Made by a program: the position numbers and the translations under genes. Below are positions 38,114 to 49,385 of a stretch of DNA of 64,000 bases, in pieces. The stretch covers positions 4,303,079 through 4,367,078 of the forward strand of contig OZ220742.1 of NCBI GenBank assembly GCA_965116955.1. The letters run 5' to 3'. Every line of letters begins with the position of its first letter. Positions within the stretch are counted from its first letter, which is position 1. Below the pieces are notes generated by a model. The model was not told the DNA's origin, did no database searches, and saw nothing but the letters and a program-made list of their open reading frames with translations. The stretch is from Thermoanaerobaculia bacterium (GTDB lineage Bacteria > Acidobacteriota > Thermoanaerobaculia > Multivoradales > Multivoraceae).

Positions 38114-38944
38114 TCACTCCGGCCGCAGTGAGTAGAGGTAAGCGACGAGATCGTCGAGATCCCGACCGCGGAAGAAGCTGGCGAGGGGCGGCATCAACGA
38201 CTCCTCCGGTTTGTCGATGGCTGCCAGATCCGTCTTCTGGAAGGACCTGAGGTTCTCGAACTCGTCGAAGAGCTGGATCGAAAAGCGGTCCTCGTTCCGC
38301 AACAGACCGCGCACGACGTTGCCGTCGTCCGTCCTGACCTCGACCGTCCGGTAGTCCGCGTCCATCGCCGCGGAAGGATCGGTAATCGATGCGCTGATGT
38401 GGTCCGGCGCCCGCCGCCAGCCCAGGTCGGACAGATCGGGACCGAGCCGGCCGCCCGAGCCGTTCAGGCGGTGGCAGTCGGAGCAGGAGCCGCGGCTCAT
38501 GTACAGCATCCGTCCACGTCGCGGATCGCCCGGCACCTCTTCCTCGCCGCCGCCGCGGCTGAGCGACCGCACGTAGGACACGACCTGCCAGATCGACTTG
38601 TCCGGCTGGTAGATGCCGCCCATGCCGGTGTTCGGGATGCCGGTCAGGATGTTGCGGAACAGTGCCGCATCGCTGCTGCCGTGACGGAACACGCCGCGCG
38701 TCAGGTCCGGGCCGTCGCCACCGGTGCCGTCCGCGCCGTGGCAGAGCGAGCAACTGCGGCGGAACACCTTGGCTCCGGCCTCGACGTCCGCTTCGGTCGT
38801 GTGCGGATTCTCCTGAACACGTTCCTGGAGCGCCCTGGAGAGCACGTTCTGGGCGCCCAGGCCGTCGGCCAACCAGAGGCTCGACGCGAGGAGAACCGCC
38901 GTTGGAAAGAAGCCTCGCCTGCGTATCGATCCAACCGGAAACAT
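38114..38944 (-). CDS. Dihaem c-type cytochrome (second domain of the Planctomycete/Verrucomicrobia haem-binding type)
   Basis: Start ATG 38944 (MFPVGSIRRRGFFPTAVLLASSLWLA). Two CxxCH sites (CSLCH, CSDCH). C-terminal LVAYLYSL. Confidence 0.85.
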   Translation of the reverse strand: MFPVGSIRRRGFFPTAVLLASSLWLADGLGAQNVLSRALQERVQENPHTTEADVEAGAKVFRRSCSLCHGADGTGGDGPDLTRGVFRHGSSDAALFRNILTGIPNTGMGGIYQPDKSIWQVVSYVRSLSRGGGEEEVPGDPRRGRMLYMSRGSCSDCHRLNGSGGRLGPDLSDLGWRRAPDHISASITDPSAAMDADYRTVEVRTDDGNVVRGLLRNEDRFSIQLFDEFENLRSFQKTDLAAIDKPEESLMPPLASFFRGRDLDDLVAYLYSLRPE

Positions 38945-39123
38945 GCCGCCGAGCGTAGCACTGCGATCTGGCCCGCAGCCGCAACCCGAAGCCCCTTGCG
39001 CCGTATAGTCGGGTACTGTCGAAACCATCGCGGTCACCGAGTGCAACGCCCTGAGCTGTAAACGCATCCGGCGGGCGCAGTGTTTCCACGAACACGACTC
39101 AACCCGCTCTCAAGGACCTGGAT

Positions 39124-40701
39124 ATGAACCGGATTCCCCTGCTCCGCCCCGCGACCACGGTCGTCGCCGCCGCGGTGCTCGCCATCCCCGCAGCGAGCCA
39201 CGCCCTGAACCTGGACCAGCCCACGTTCGTCGACGACATCGCGCCGATCCTCCACGAGAACTGCGCTTCCTGCCACCAGCCGGATGAGATAGCGCCGATG
39301 TCGCTGCGCACCTACCGCGAGGTGCGCCCCTGGGCGCGCTCGATCGCCCGGGCGGTCGAGAACCGCGACATGCCGCCCTGGGACGCCGACCCGGGCTACG
39401 GCCCCTTCACGAACGACATCTCCCTGAGCGACGCCGAGATCGAGGCGATCACGAACTGGGCCGGTAGCGGCGCTCCCCGCGGCGACGGTGACGAACCCGT
39501 CTACGAACCGCCGGCAAGTGCCCGTCAGGGTGAGTGGGCCTTCGGCGAACCGGACTGGGTCTACGAGTTCGATCCCTTCAAGGTCGCGGCCGACGGACCC
39601 GACGAGTTCGCCATCATCCCGGTCGACACCGGTTGGGATCAGGACCGCTGGATTCGCGCCGTCGAGGTTCAGCCCGGCGACCGCGAAGTCGTCCACCACT
39701 TCATCCTCTGGCGCGCCGCCCCGGGCGGCGAGGTCCAGGACGCCTGGATCGACGCCTGGGCCGCCGGTGCCACGGCCAACGAGTTCCCTTCCGGCACAGC
39801 GCGCCTGGTGCCCAAGGGCCAGAACCTGCTCGGCGACTTCCACTACCACCCGAACGGCACCGCCGCGACCGACAAGACGCGCATCGGCATCTGGTTCGCC
39901 GAGCCTGAGGAGGTCGAGAAGGAGTTGATCAATCTCTGGGTCATGAACTCCACGTTCAGGATCCCCGCCGGCGACCCGAACTACCAGGCGCGCGCCAACC
40001 ACGTCTTCACCGAGGACGTCGTCATCCGCTCCCTGGCTCCCCACATGCACTACCGCGGCAAGGACATGAAGTACACCGCGCACCTGCCCGACGGCGGCGA
40101 AAAGGACCTGCTCAGCGTCAGCCGCTACGACTTCAACTGGCAGACCGGCTACAACTTCGTCGAACCTGTCGCCCTGCCGGCCGGCACCCGAATCGAGGTC
40201 ACCGCGCACTGGGACAACTCGGCCGACAACCCTCACAACCCCGACCCGACGATCGACGTCACCTGGGGCACCGACTCGACCGACGAAATGCTGATCGGAT
40301 TCGTCGACTTCGTGGCCGCCGAGGGCGTCAGTCCCAAACCGGCCAGCCCGGTGCTCGCGAAGCTGGCCGAGCTCGCCAAGACCCATCCGGGCCAGGCGTG
40401 GCGCTTCGACGTACAACGCCAGCCCGGCAAGGGACCCGAGCCGACCGCCATGCTCCTGCCCCGCGGCGGCGTCCCCGGCGGCTGGTTCGTCCAGTTCGGC
40501 ACCCTCGTGCTGCCGGCGCCGATCGTCGACATCGTCTGGGACGGCAACGACGTGACCGCCACCGCGCAGACGCCCGGCAACACGATGCAGCTCAAGGGTT
40601 CCATCCAGGAGGACGGCACCCTGCGAATGGACATGGGACCGGGCGAGATGGTCGGCACGCCGGCCGCGAACGAGACCCCGGCCACCCTGCCGACCGGATA
40701 G
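39124..40701 (+). CDS. Haem-c domain fused to PHM/DBH-like type II copper monooxygenase fold (paralogue 1, with ~115-aa C-terminal extension)
   Basis: 525 aa, signal peptide, CASCH haem site in DDIAPILHENCASCH. Putative Cu ligands VHHFILW, GDFHYHPNG, APHMHYRGK and STDEMLIGF parallel the PHM HH..H / HxH..M sites. Confidence 0.7.
   Translation: MNRIPLLRPATTVVAAAVLAIPAASHALNLDQPTFVDDIAPILHENCASCHQPDEIAPMSLRTYREVRPWARSIARAVENRDMPPWDADPGYGPFTNDISLSDAEIEAITNWAGSGAPRGDGDEPVYEPPASARQGEWAFGEPDWVYEFDPFKVAADGPDEFAIIPVDTGWDQDRWIRAVEVQPGDREVVHHFILWRAAPGGEVQDAWIDAWAAGATANEFPSGTARLVPKGQNLLGDFHYHPNGTAATDKTRIGIWFAEPEEVEKELINLWVMNSTFRIPAGDPNYQARANHVFTEDVVIRSLAPHMHYRGKDMKYTAHLPDGGEKDLLSVSRYDFNWQTGYNFVEPVALPAGTRIEVTAHWDNSADNPHNPDPTIDVTWGTDSTDEMLIGFVDFVAAEGVSPKPASPVLAKLAELAKTHPGQAWRFDVQRQPGKGPEPTAMLLPRGGVPGGWFVQFGTLVLPAPIVDIVWDGNDVTATAQTPGNTMQLKGSIQEDGTLRMDMGPGEMVGTPAANETPATLPTG
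39211..40330 (+). repeat. Tandem gene-duplication unit, copy 1 (approximate bounds)
   Basis: About 90% nucleotide identity by eye to 40868.. over the first ~270 nt (gaccagccca at 39214 vs 40871), lower afterwards. It also explains the repeated antisense peptide MRSDIGAISSGWWQEAQFSWRIGAMSST in the track. Confidence 0.8.
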
Positions 40702-40780
40702 GAGCGGCCAGGAAGAGGGCGGGGGGGCGTCCCGGCTACAATCCGAACCACATTTCGACCAGTCCCCGGAGAGCACCCAA

Positions 40781-42022
40781 ATGGACCGAGCCTCCCGCCT
40801 GATTCGCCTCGCTGCCGCCTCGGCGGCCGTCCTCCTGCTGGCGCCAACCATCGCCGCCGGCGTGAACATCGACCAGCCCACCTTCGTCGACGACATCGCG
40901 CCGATCCTCCATGAGAACTGCGCCTCCTGCCACCAGCCGGAGGAGATCGCGCCAATGTCGCTTCGCACCTACCGCGAGGCGCGGCCATGGGCGCGATCGA
41001 TCGCCCGCGCGGTCGAGAACCGGGACATGCCGCCCTGGGACGCCGATCCGGGCTACGGGCCGTGGGCCAACGACATCAGCCTGAGCGACGACGAGATCGC
41101 GGCCATCACCCGCTGGGCGGCGAACGGCGCGCCCCGCGGCGACGGCGACGAGCCCGTCTACGAAGAGCCGGAGAAGGACAGCGAGTGGACGTTCGGCGAA
41201 CCGGACTGGGTGTACGAGTTCGATCCCCACGAGGTCGCCGCCGACGGACCGGACGAGTTCCTCGACATCCCGATCAGGACCGGGTTCGAAGAGGATCGCT
41301 GGATCCGTGCGATCGAGGTCCAGGCCGGCGATCGCTCGGTGCTTCACCACTTCATCCTGTGGCGGGGCGACGACGACAACCCCGGTCAGGAAGGCTGGGT
41401 CGGCGCCTGGGCCGCGGGCTTCGCGCCGCAACACTTCCCGCCCGGCACCGGCCGCCTGCTGCCCAAGGGGCAGAACCTGCTCGGCGACTTCCACTATCAC
41501 CCGAACGGCAAGGCGGCGACCGACCGGACCCGCGTCGCCCTCTGGTTCGCCGAGCCCGAGGAAGTCGAAAGGGAGCTGGTCAACCTCTGGATCCTGAACA
41601 CGACGTTCCACATCCCCGCCGGTGAAGCGGACTACCGGGCGCAGGCGACCCACGTCTTCGACGAGGACGTCGTGGTCCGTTCGTTCACGCCCCACATGCA
41701 CTACCGCGGGAAGTCGATGAGCTACACGGCCTTCCTGCCCAACGGCGAGCAGAGGGAACTGTTGAGCGTCAGCCGCTACGACTTCAACTGGCAGACGTCC
41801 TACGACCTGGCCGAGCCGCTCCGCCTGCCGGCCGGGACCCGGATCGAAGTCTCGGCTTCGTTCGACAACTCGGCCGACAACCCGCACAACCCGGACCCGA
41901 CGGTCAACGTCACCTGGGGCGCCGAATCGACGGACGAGATGCTGATCGGCTTCATCGACTACGTCGCCGCCGACAGTGGCGCCGCCAAGGCGGCGACCCC
42001 GGCGGGTCCCGCCGGGCAGTGA
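40781..42022 (+). CDS. Haem-c domain fused to PHM/DBH-like type II copper monooxygenase fold (paralogue 2)
   Basis: 413 aa with the same motif set: CASCH, VLHHFILW, GDFHYHPNG, TPHMHYRGK, STDEMLIGF. Confidence 0.7.
   Translation: MDRASRLIRLAAASAAVLLLAPTIAAGVNIDQPTFVDDIAPILHENCASCHQPEEIAPMSLRTYREARPWARSIARAVENRDMPPWDADPGYGPWANDISLSDDEIAAITRWAANGAPRGDGDEPVYEEPEKDSEWTFGEPDWVYEFDPHEVAADGPDEFLDIPIRTGFEEDRWIRAIEVQAGDRSVLHHFILWRGDDDNPGQEGWVGAWAAGFAPQHFPPGTGRLLPKGQNLLGDFHYHPNGKAATDRTRVALWFAEPEEVERELVNLWILNTTFHIPAGEADYRAQATHVFDEDVVVRSFTPHMHYRGKSMSYTAFLPNGEQRELLSVSRYDFNWQTSYDLAEPLRLPAGTRIEVSASFDNSADNPHNPDPTVNVTWGAESTDEMLIGFIDYVAADSGAAKAATPAGPAGQ
40862..41970 (+). repeat. Tandem gene-duplication unit, copy 2 (approximate bounds)
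   Basis: See copy 1. The offset is about 1657 nt. Confidence 0.8.
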
Positions 42023-43029
42023 GCCGTTCGCCGGCCGCCGTCGCCGCGTCTCTGACGCTCGCGGCGGCGGCGCTCGGCTGCGGCACCAACGGGTCGCCTC
42101 CATCGGCTGAGGATCCCGGCGCTTCGCCACCGGCGGCTGCCCCGGAGTTCACCGCGCCGATCGTCTTCCAGCGTTTCGCGAACACCGGCGCCACGCCGAC
42201 CGTTCCCGGCTTCTACGGCGGCGCCGACATCTGGATCATGGAAGGGGACGGCAGCGGCGTGCGCCTGGTCCGCAAGGGCGTTCCGCAGCACCTGGACCAT
42301 CCGTCCCTGACCTTCGACCTCAGGAGCGTCGTCTACGCCGAGTTCACCGACGCCGACGCTGGCGTCGAGGCCGGCGCCCGGATCTTCCGCGAAGATCTCG
42401 CGACCGGCGAGCGCGAGGTGCTGCGCGAAGTCGAAGGCTGCGCCGTTCACCACGCCAGCATCTCGCCGATCACCCGGCAGCTCGTCTACGCGCGGAACTG
42501 TCCCGACGGCGACGGCTTCAACCAGGGCCTGATCCTCGAGCTGAGCGACCGCCGCCAGCTCGACGCCGCGAGTACGACGGCGCTCCGGGTCGGCAACGGC
42601 GTCGGCCTCCGGCGTGGCATCCTGTTCCAGGCCGAAGGCGACAGCGTCGACGGCGAGCGCCGGATGGAGATCGCGACCATCCGCTTCGACGGCTACGGCC
42701 AGGGCACCTACACCGCGCTCACCGATCGCGAGCATCGCCATCGCCGCCCCGCCGTCTCACCCGACGGTCGAACGATCGCCTGGCAGACGAACCGGACCGG
42801 CCCGACGGACGACATCCTCCTGGCCGACATCGACGGCTCGAACCAGCTCCGCCTCACCATGTCCGACGCCAACGACGGCCACCCCTGGTTCTCCCGCGAC
42901 GGCCGCTGGATCGTCTTCGAGTCGGACCGCTCCGGGAACTGGGAGATCTGGAAGATCGAGATCGAGACCGGCCAGGTCGTCCAACTGACGGACGACCCGG
43001 CCTACGTCAGCACGCGGCCGCGCTGGTAG
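42019..43029 (+). CDS. TolB-like beta-propeller lipoprotein (PD40/WD40-like repeats)
   Basis: The GTG start overlaps the upstream stop (GTGA). Lipobox LAAAALGC. Repeats such as PAVSPDGRTIAWQTNRTG and PWFSRDGRWIVFESDRSGNWEIW. Confidence 0.8.
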   Translation: MSRSPAAVAASLTLAAAALGCGTNGSPPSAEDPGASPPAAAPEFTAPIVFQRFANTGATPTVPGFYGGADIWIMEGDGSGVRLVRKGVPQHLDHPSLTFDLRSVVYAEFTDADAGVEAGARIFREDLATGEREVLREVEGCAVHHASISPITRQLVYARNCPDGDGFNQGLILELSDRRQLDAASTTALRVGNGVGLRRGILFQAEGDSVDGERRMEIATIRFDGYGQGTYTALTDREHRHRRPAVSPDGRTIAWQTNRTGPTDDILLADIDGSNQLRLTMSDANDGHPWFSRDGRWIVFESDRSGNWEIWKIEIETGQVVQLTDDPAYVSTRPRW

Positions 43030-43034
43030 GACGG

Positions 43035-43070
43035 ACGGATGCCGGCGGGGACGCCGGCGGCGCACCCAGT
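43035..43070 (+). repeat. 36-nt GC-rich hairpin-forming repeat, copy 2; possible bidirectional terminator between convergent genes
   Basis: cggatgccggcggggacgccggcggcgcacccagtc. The hairpin GCCGGCG-GGGA-CGCCGGC lies at 43040..43057. Confidence 0.6.
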
Positions 43071-43084
43071 CCCGGAGGCCGCTC

Positions 43085-44092
43085 CTACTCCACCCGCGAC
43101 AGCAGCCACCACTTCATCGTCGTCGAGACGAGGTCCGCCGCGTCCTCCTGCACGAAGTGGTTCGCGCCCGGCACGGTGACGAGGGTCAGGTCGCTGTCCA
43201 GCCAGTCCCAGGTGTTGTTCAGGCCGTCCGAGTGCAGCGCCGTGTCGTCCAGGCCGTGGAACTGGAGCACCGGCATGCCGACGCGGGGCGTTTCCTGGCC
43301 CTCCGCCTGGCCGATGCCGCCACCGCCCTCGCGCGGGTAGTTCCGCTTGTAGTAGGCGAGCATGGCGTCGAAGTCGGAGCGTTCGAACGCCTCGACGTAG
43401 TGCTTCCTCGCCTCCTGGTCCCGTACCCAGCCGGAGAGCGTCTGCGGCGTCATCGGCATGCCGAAGAAGATGTCCGGGTCGCTGGGGCTGCCCTCCTGGA
43501 ACTTGCGGGCATAGCCGCTGTTCTGCTGCTGCTCCTGGTTGTTCGCCAGTTCCCGGCCCATGCCGTTCGGGTGCGGGAGGTTCAGGATGATCAGCCGCTC
43601 GGTCATCTGGGGCACGTGGAACGCGAACTGCCAGGCGACCGCGCCGCCCCAGTCATGGCCGACGATCGTCGCCTTGTCGCGGCCGAGGTGACGGATCACG
43701 GCCGCCACGTCGCCAACCAGGTAGCGCATGTCGTAGTTCTCGTCGCCGTCGGGCGAGTCGCTCTTGTTGTAGCCGCGCTGGTCGATCGCGACGACCTGGA
43801 AGTCGCTCGACAGCTCCTCCATCTGGTGCCGCCACGAGTACCAGAAGTCCGGGAAGCCGTGGATCATCACGACCAGCGGTCCTTCGCCGATCGTGGCGTA
43901 GTGGATCTTCACGCCGTTCGAGTCGGCGTAGCCGTGCTCCACGCGATCCATCAGGTCACTGCCCATCGCCGCTCCCCCTACCGATGCCAGCAGGAACGCG
44001 CAGGCGGCAACCGCCGCCAAGCGCCGTCGGTTCGTCCGTTCGCCAGCTCGCCACATCTTCGTTCTCCTTCGTTGCTCGGTGCGGAAAGGCAC
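43085..44092 (-). CDS. Alpha/beta hydrolase (epoxide hydrolase / haloalkane dehalogenase-like), secreted
   Basis: 335 aa. [16 protein letters not shown], nucleophile elbow GHDWGG, signal-like N-terminus. The start may be the internal MWRAG. Confidence 0.8.
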   Translation of the reverse strand: MPFRTEQRRRTKMWRAGERTNRRRLAAVAACAFLLASVGGAAMGSDLMDRVEHGYADSNGVKIHYATIGEGPLVVMIHGFPDFWYSWRHQMEELSSDFQVVAIDQRGYNKSDSPDGDENYDMRYLVGDVAAVIRHLGRDKATIVGHDWGGAVAWQFAFHVPQMTERLIILNLPHPNGMGRELANNQEQQQNSGYARKFQEGSPSDPDIFFGMPMTPQTLSGWVRDQEARKHYVEAFERSDFDAMLAYYKRNYPREGGGGIGQAEGQETPRVGMPVLQFHGLDDTALHSDGLNNTWDWLDSDLTLVTVPGANHFVQEDAADLVSTTMKWWLLSRVE

Positions 44093-44116
44093 CCGCGAGA
44101 TTGTACGCGCCGAAAC

Positions 44117-46195
<2,079 letters not shown>

Positions 46196-47194
46196 CTAGG
46201 CGTTCACGTCGATGACCACCCTGCCGCGCGTCTGGCCCGCAAGGATCGAGGCCGCCAGTTCCTCGATCCGGCTCATCGGCTCGACCGACGTCATCTCGGC
46301 CAAGAGGTCGGCAGGCAGCTCCGCCGCCAGCCGCCGCCAGGCCTCCCGGCGCAGGTCCTTGGGCGCCATGACCGAATCGACGCCAGCGAGAACGACGCCG
46401 CGCAGAATGAAGGGATAGACGCTCGACGGCAGGTCCATGCCGCCAGCGAGTCCGCAGGCGGCCACGCAGCCGCCGTAGCGGGTCTGCGCGATCAGGTTCG
46501 CCAGCGTCGCCGAGCCGACGACGTCGACCGCGCCGGCCCAGCTCTCCCGGCCGATCGGCCGCGGCTTCGCGGCCAGCGTGTCGCGGGCGATGAAGTCGGC
46601 GGCGCCCAGACTGCGCAGATAGTCGTGTTCGGCGTCGCGGCCGGTGGAGGCGATCACCCGGTAGCCGGCCCGCGCCAGTAGCGCCACCGCCACCGAGCCC
46701 ACGCCACCGGCGGCGCCGGTCACTACGACGTCGCCACTCTCCGGCGTCACCCCGTGATCCTGCAGCGCCATCACGCACAGCATCGCCGTGTACCCGGCGG
46801 TGCCGATCGCCATCGCCTGCTGGTTGGTGAAGGCGTCCGGCACCGGCACGAGCCATTCCGACTTCATCCGCGCCTTCTGGGAGTAGCCGCCCCAGTGGCT
46901 CTCGCTCAGGCCGTAACCGTTGACCAGCACGCGGTCGCCCGGGGAGAACGAGTCCGAATCGGACTCCGCCACCGTGCCCGCGAGGTCGACGCCGCAGACC
47001 ATCGGCACCGAACGGCAGATCGGCGCCGCGCCCGTGATCGCCAGTCCGTCCTTGTAGTTCAGGGTGGAGTACTCGACGTCGACCAGCACGTCGTGTTCCG
47101 GCAGGTCGCCCAGCGTCAGGTCGCGCGGGCCGGCCGTGTGCTGATCGTCGACCCTGTCGACGACGACCGCTCGAAAGGTGTCGCTCATTTCCAT
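46196..47194 (-). CDS. YhdH/AcuI-like NADPH-dependent oxidoreductase (MDR family, acrylyl-CoA reductase-like)
   Basis: Start ATG 47194 (MEMSDTFRAVVV, GGGAG 5 nt upstream). VEYSTLNYKDGLAITG and VVVTGAAGGVGSVAV are typical of the YhdH/YhfP subfamily. Confidence 0.8.
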   Translation of the reverse strand: MEMSDTFRAVVVDRVDDQHTAGPRDLTLGDLPEHDVLVDVEYSTLNYKDGLAITGAAPICRSVPMVCGVDLAGTVAESDSDSFSPGDRVLVNGYGLSESHWGGYSQKARMKSEWLVPVPDAFTNQQAMAIGTAGYTAMLCVMALQDHGVTPESGDVVVTGAAGGVGSVAVALLARAGYRVIASTGRDAEHDYLRSLGAADFIARDTLAAKPRPIGRESWAGAVDVVGSATLANLIAQTRYGGCVAACGLAGGMDLPSSVYPFILRGVVLAGVDSVMAPKDLRREAWRRLAAELPADLLAEMTSVEPMSRIEELAASILAGQTRGRVVIDVNA

Positions 47195-47241
47195 GCTGCT
47201 CCCGGTGGGTTCCGATTCGCGGCAGGTTCTATCATTCCGCC

Positions 47242-48546
47242 ATGACTTCCACGACACTTACTCGACTCTCCGTCGCCGCCTTCCTCCTGGCAGGGCTCGC
47301 CGCTGGCTCTGTCGCCGCCAACGAGCTGGCGCGGATGACGCCGGCCGATGCCGACCCCGCCACCACCTGGCCGCAGTGGCGCGGCCCGAGCGGCCAGGGC
47401 GAAGTTGCGGGCAGCGGCTACGTCGACCGCTGGGGGCCGGAGGAGAACGTGCGCTGGAAGGTCGCCGTCCCCGGCAACGGCAACTCCTCGCCGATCGTCT
47501 GGGGCGACCACATCTTCCTGACCACCGCCGAGGCAGCCGGCGCCAAGCGCTCGGTGCTCGCCTTCGACCGGGCAACCGGTAAGAGCCTCTGGACTACCGC
47601 GGCGCCCGCCGCGAATCCGGAGCGCGCCTACCCGAAGAACGGCCACGCCTCGTCGACACCCACCACCGACGGCGAGCGCGTCTACGCCTACTTCGGCAAC
47701 CACGGGCTTCTCGCCGTCGACTTCAGCGGTGAGGTCGTCTGGCACAAGTCCTTCGGCGAGTTGAACGCCTTCCACGGCACCGCCTCGTCACCCCTGCTGC
47801 ACGGCGATCGTCTGATCGTCGTCCAGGAGCAACAGCGTTCCGCGTCCTTCATCGCCGCTTTCGACCGCCGTACGGGCGAGGAGCTGTGGCGCACCGAACG
47901 GGACACGCAGGTCGGCTGGAGCTCGCCGGCAGCGATCTCGGTGACGACGGATAACGGCGAAGAGCGCGACGAGATCGTCGTCAACAGCCAGCATCACGTG
48001 ATCGCCTACGCGCCCGAGGACGGCCGCGAGCTGTGGCGCGCCGGCGGCACGACCTTCGAGGTCATCCCGAGCCCGGTGGTCGGCCACGACCTCCTGTTCA
48101 GCACCTCCGGCCGCGCCGGCCCGACCCTGGCGATCCGCCCCGGCGGCGACGGCGACGTGACGGACAGCCGGATCGTCTGGAGCGCGGCCAAGGGCTCGCC
48201 CTTCGTCGTCGCGCCGATGCTGGTCGGCGACTACCTCTACATGGTCAACGACATGGCGAGCGTGATCACCGTCTACGAAGCGAAAACCGGCGAGGTCCTC
48301 TGGCAGGAACGCCTGGGAGAGCGGATGCGCGAGGGCTTCTCCGCCGCGCCGGTCGCCTTCGGCGGCAAGATCTTCTTCACCAACGACAACGGCGAGACCT
48401 TCGTCATCAAGGAAGGGCCGGACTTCGAGCTTCTCCACGTCAACCGGATCGGCGAACGGACGATCGCCTCGCCCGCCCTCGTCGGCGGCGTCTGGTACAT
48501 CCGTACCGACGGTCACCTGTGGGCCATCGCGGGCGAGGCGGGCTAG
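47242..48546 (+). CDS. PQQ-like beta-propeller repeat protein (BamB-like fold), secreted
   Basis: 434 aa, signal peptide. WPQWRGPSGQG, NSSPIVWGDHIFLTT and repeated blade motifs. Confidence 0.8.
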   Translation: MTSTTLTRLSVAAFLLAGLAAGSVAANELARMTPADADPATTWPQWRGPSGQGEVAGSGYVDRWGPEENVRWKVAVPGNGNSSPIVWGDHIFLTTAEAAGAKRSVLAFDRATGKSLWTTAAPAANPERAYPKNGHASSTPTTDGERVYAYFGNHGLLAVDFSGEVVWHKSFGELNAFHGTASSPLLHGDRLIVVQEQQRSASFIAAFDRRTGEELWRTERDTQVGWSSPAAISVTTDNGEERDEIVVNSQHHVIAYAPEDGRELWRAGGTTFEVIPSPVVGHDLLFSTSGRAGPTLAIRPGGDGDVTDSRIVWSAAKGSPFVVAPMLVGDYLYMVNDMASVITVYEAKTGEVLWQERLGERMREGFSAAPVAFGGKIFFTNDNGETFVIKEGPDFELLHVNRIGERTIASPALVGGVWYIRTDGHLWAIAGEAG

Positions 48547-49289
48547 GGACTCAGCTCGCGGTGTACCCGCGCCACCTCGACCATGTAGCCGCGGTTGGGT
48601 AAGGACGCGGCGCGCTCGATCGCGGCTGCGGCCTTCTCTTCCTCGCCCACGAGTTCGTAGTAGAGCCCCAGGTACAGATCGGCGTAGAAGCGCGCGCCGG
48701 AACCCTCTTCCCGCACGGCGGCCTCGACCTCGGCGACGCTCCCCTTGCCCCGGAACAGAGCGTCGATCTCCTTCATCGGCCGGCGAGCATCCGGGCCGAC
48801 CGGCAACATCGACTCCTGTGCAGCCTCCAGGCCCTCCTCGGCCGCGACGCAGAGCAGGTGCCACACCGCGTTCTCCACGTCGTTCGGATTGACCAGCCGG
48901 TGCCGCTCGAACTGGCCCCGGCAATCGGCGAAGCGGCCGGCGTAGTAGTACGAGATGCCGCGCTGCCACAGGTAGGGGTCCTGTGAAGGCTCCAGAACCA
49001 CGACCTGGTCGAAGTCCTCGATCGACGCCTCGATCTGCCCGGCCTTGAACCGCGCCGATCCCCGGAGGAGATAGAGCTGCCAATTGCGCGGCTCGACCTC
49101 GATCGCCCGGTCGTAGCCGGAGATGGCCGCCTCGTAGTCGCCACGAGACTCGTGGAGACTCGCCTGCCGCAGCAGCACCGCCGCGCTCCGCTCGTCGTGG
49201 TGTTGCTGCGTCGAAGCGTCTCCCACTGACGAGAACGCCAGCAAGCTGGCGGTCGCAAGAAGGAACCGCCCGTGCCTTGCAGTCCTCAT
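48543..49289 (-). CDS. Tetratricopeptide repeat protein (NlpI-like), secreted
   Basis: 248 aa, signal peptide. TPR units such as GDYEAAISGYDRAIEVEPRNWQLYLLRGSARFKAGQIEASIEDFDQVVVLEP. Confidence 0.75.
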   Translation of the reverse strand: MRTARHGRFLLATASLLAFSSVGDASTQQHHDERSAAVLLRQASLHESRGDYEAAISGYDRAIEVEPRNWQLYLLRGSARFKAGQIEASIEDFDQVVVLEPSQDPYLWQRGISYYYAGRFADCRGQFERHRLVNPNDVENAVWHLLCVAAEEGLEAAQESMLPVGPDARRPMKEIDALFRGKGSVAEVEAAVREEGSGARFYADLYLGLYYELVGEEEKAAAAIERAASLPNRGYMVEVARVHRELSP

Positions 49290-49385
49290 TCTGGCGGCAC
49301 TCTAGCTGGCAAGCACTATGGAACTGGAGAACCGCAACCCGGGGGCCCAGTTCCCAAGAGCGCCCGAGTAAGCGGTGACATCCAG

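Noticed and set aside
36441-39095. 884-aa ORF suggesting a cytochrome-PQQ dehydrogenase fusion (quinohaemoprotein).
   Set aside because: The cytochrome c CxxCH motifs lie in a different frame (38114..38944). The upstream 328 codons of the long ORF are Arg/Gly/Pro-rich shadow sequence. ATG 38111 sits 2 nt after the cytochrome stop.
39099-41140. Repeated sequence blocks that might indicate an IS element or CRISPR-like array (identical antisense peptide MRSDIGAISSGWWQEAQFSWRIGAMSST in two track ORFs).
   Set aside because: There are only two copies, about 1.66 kb apart. Both fall inside homologous coding regions. This is a tandem gene duplication, not a repeat-spacer array or mobile element.
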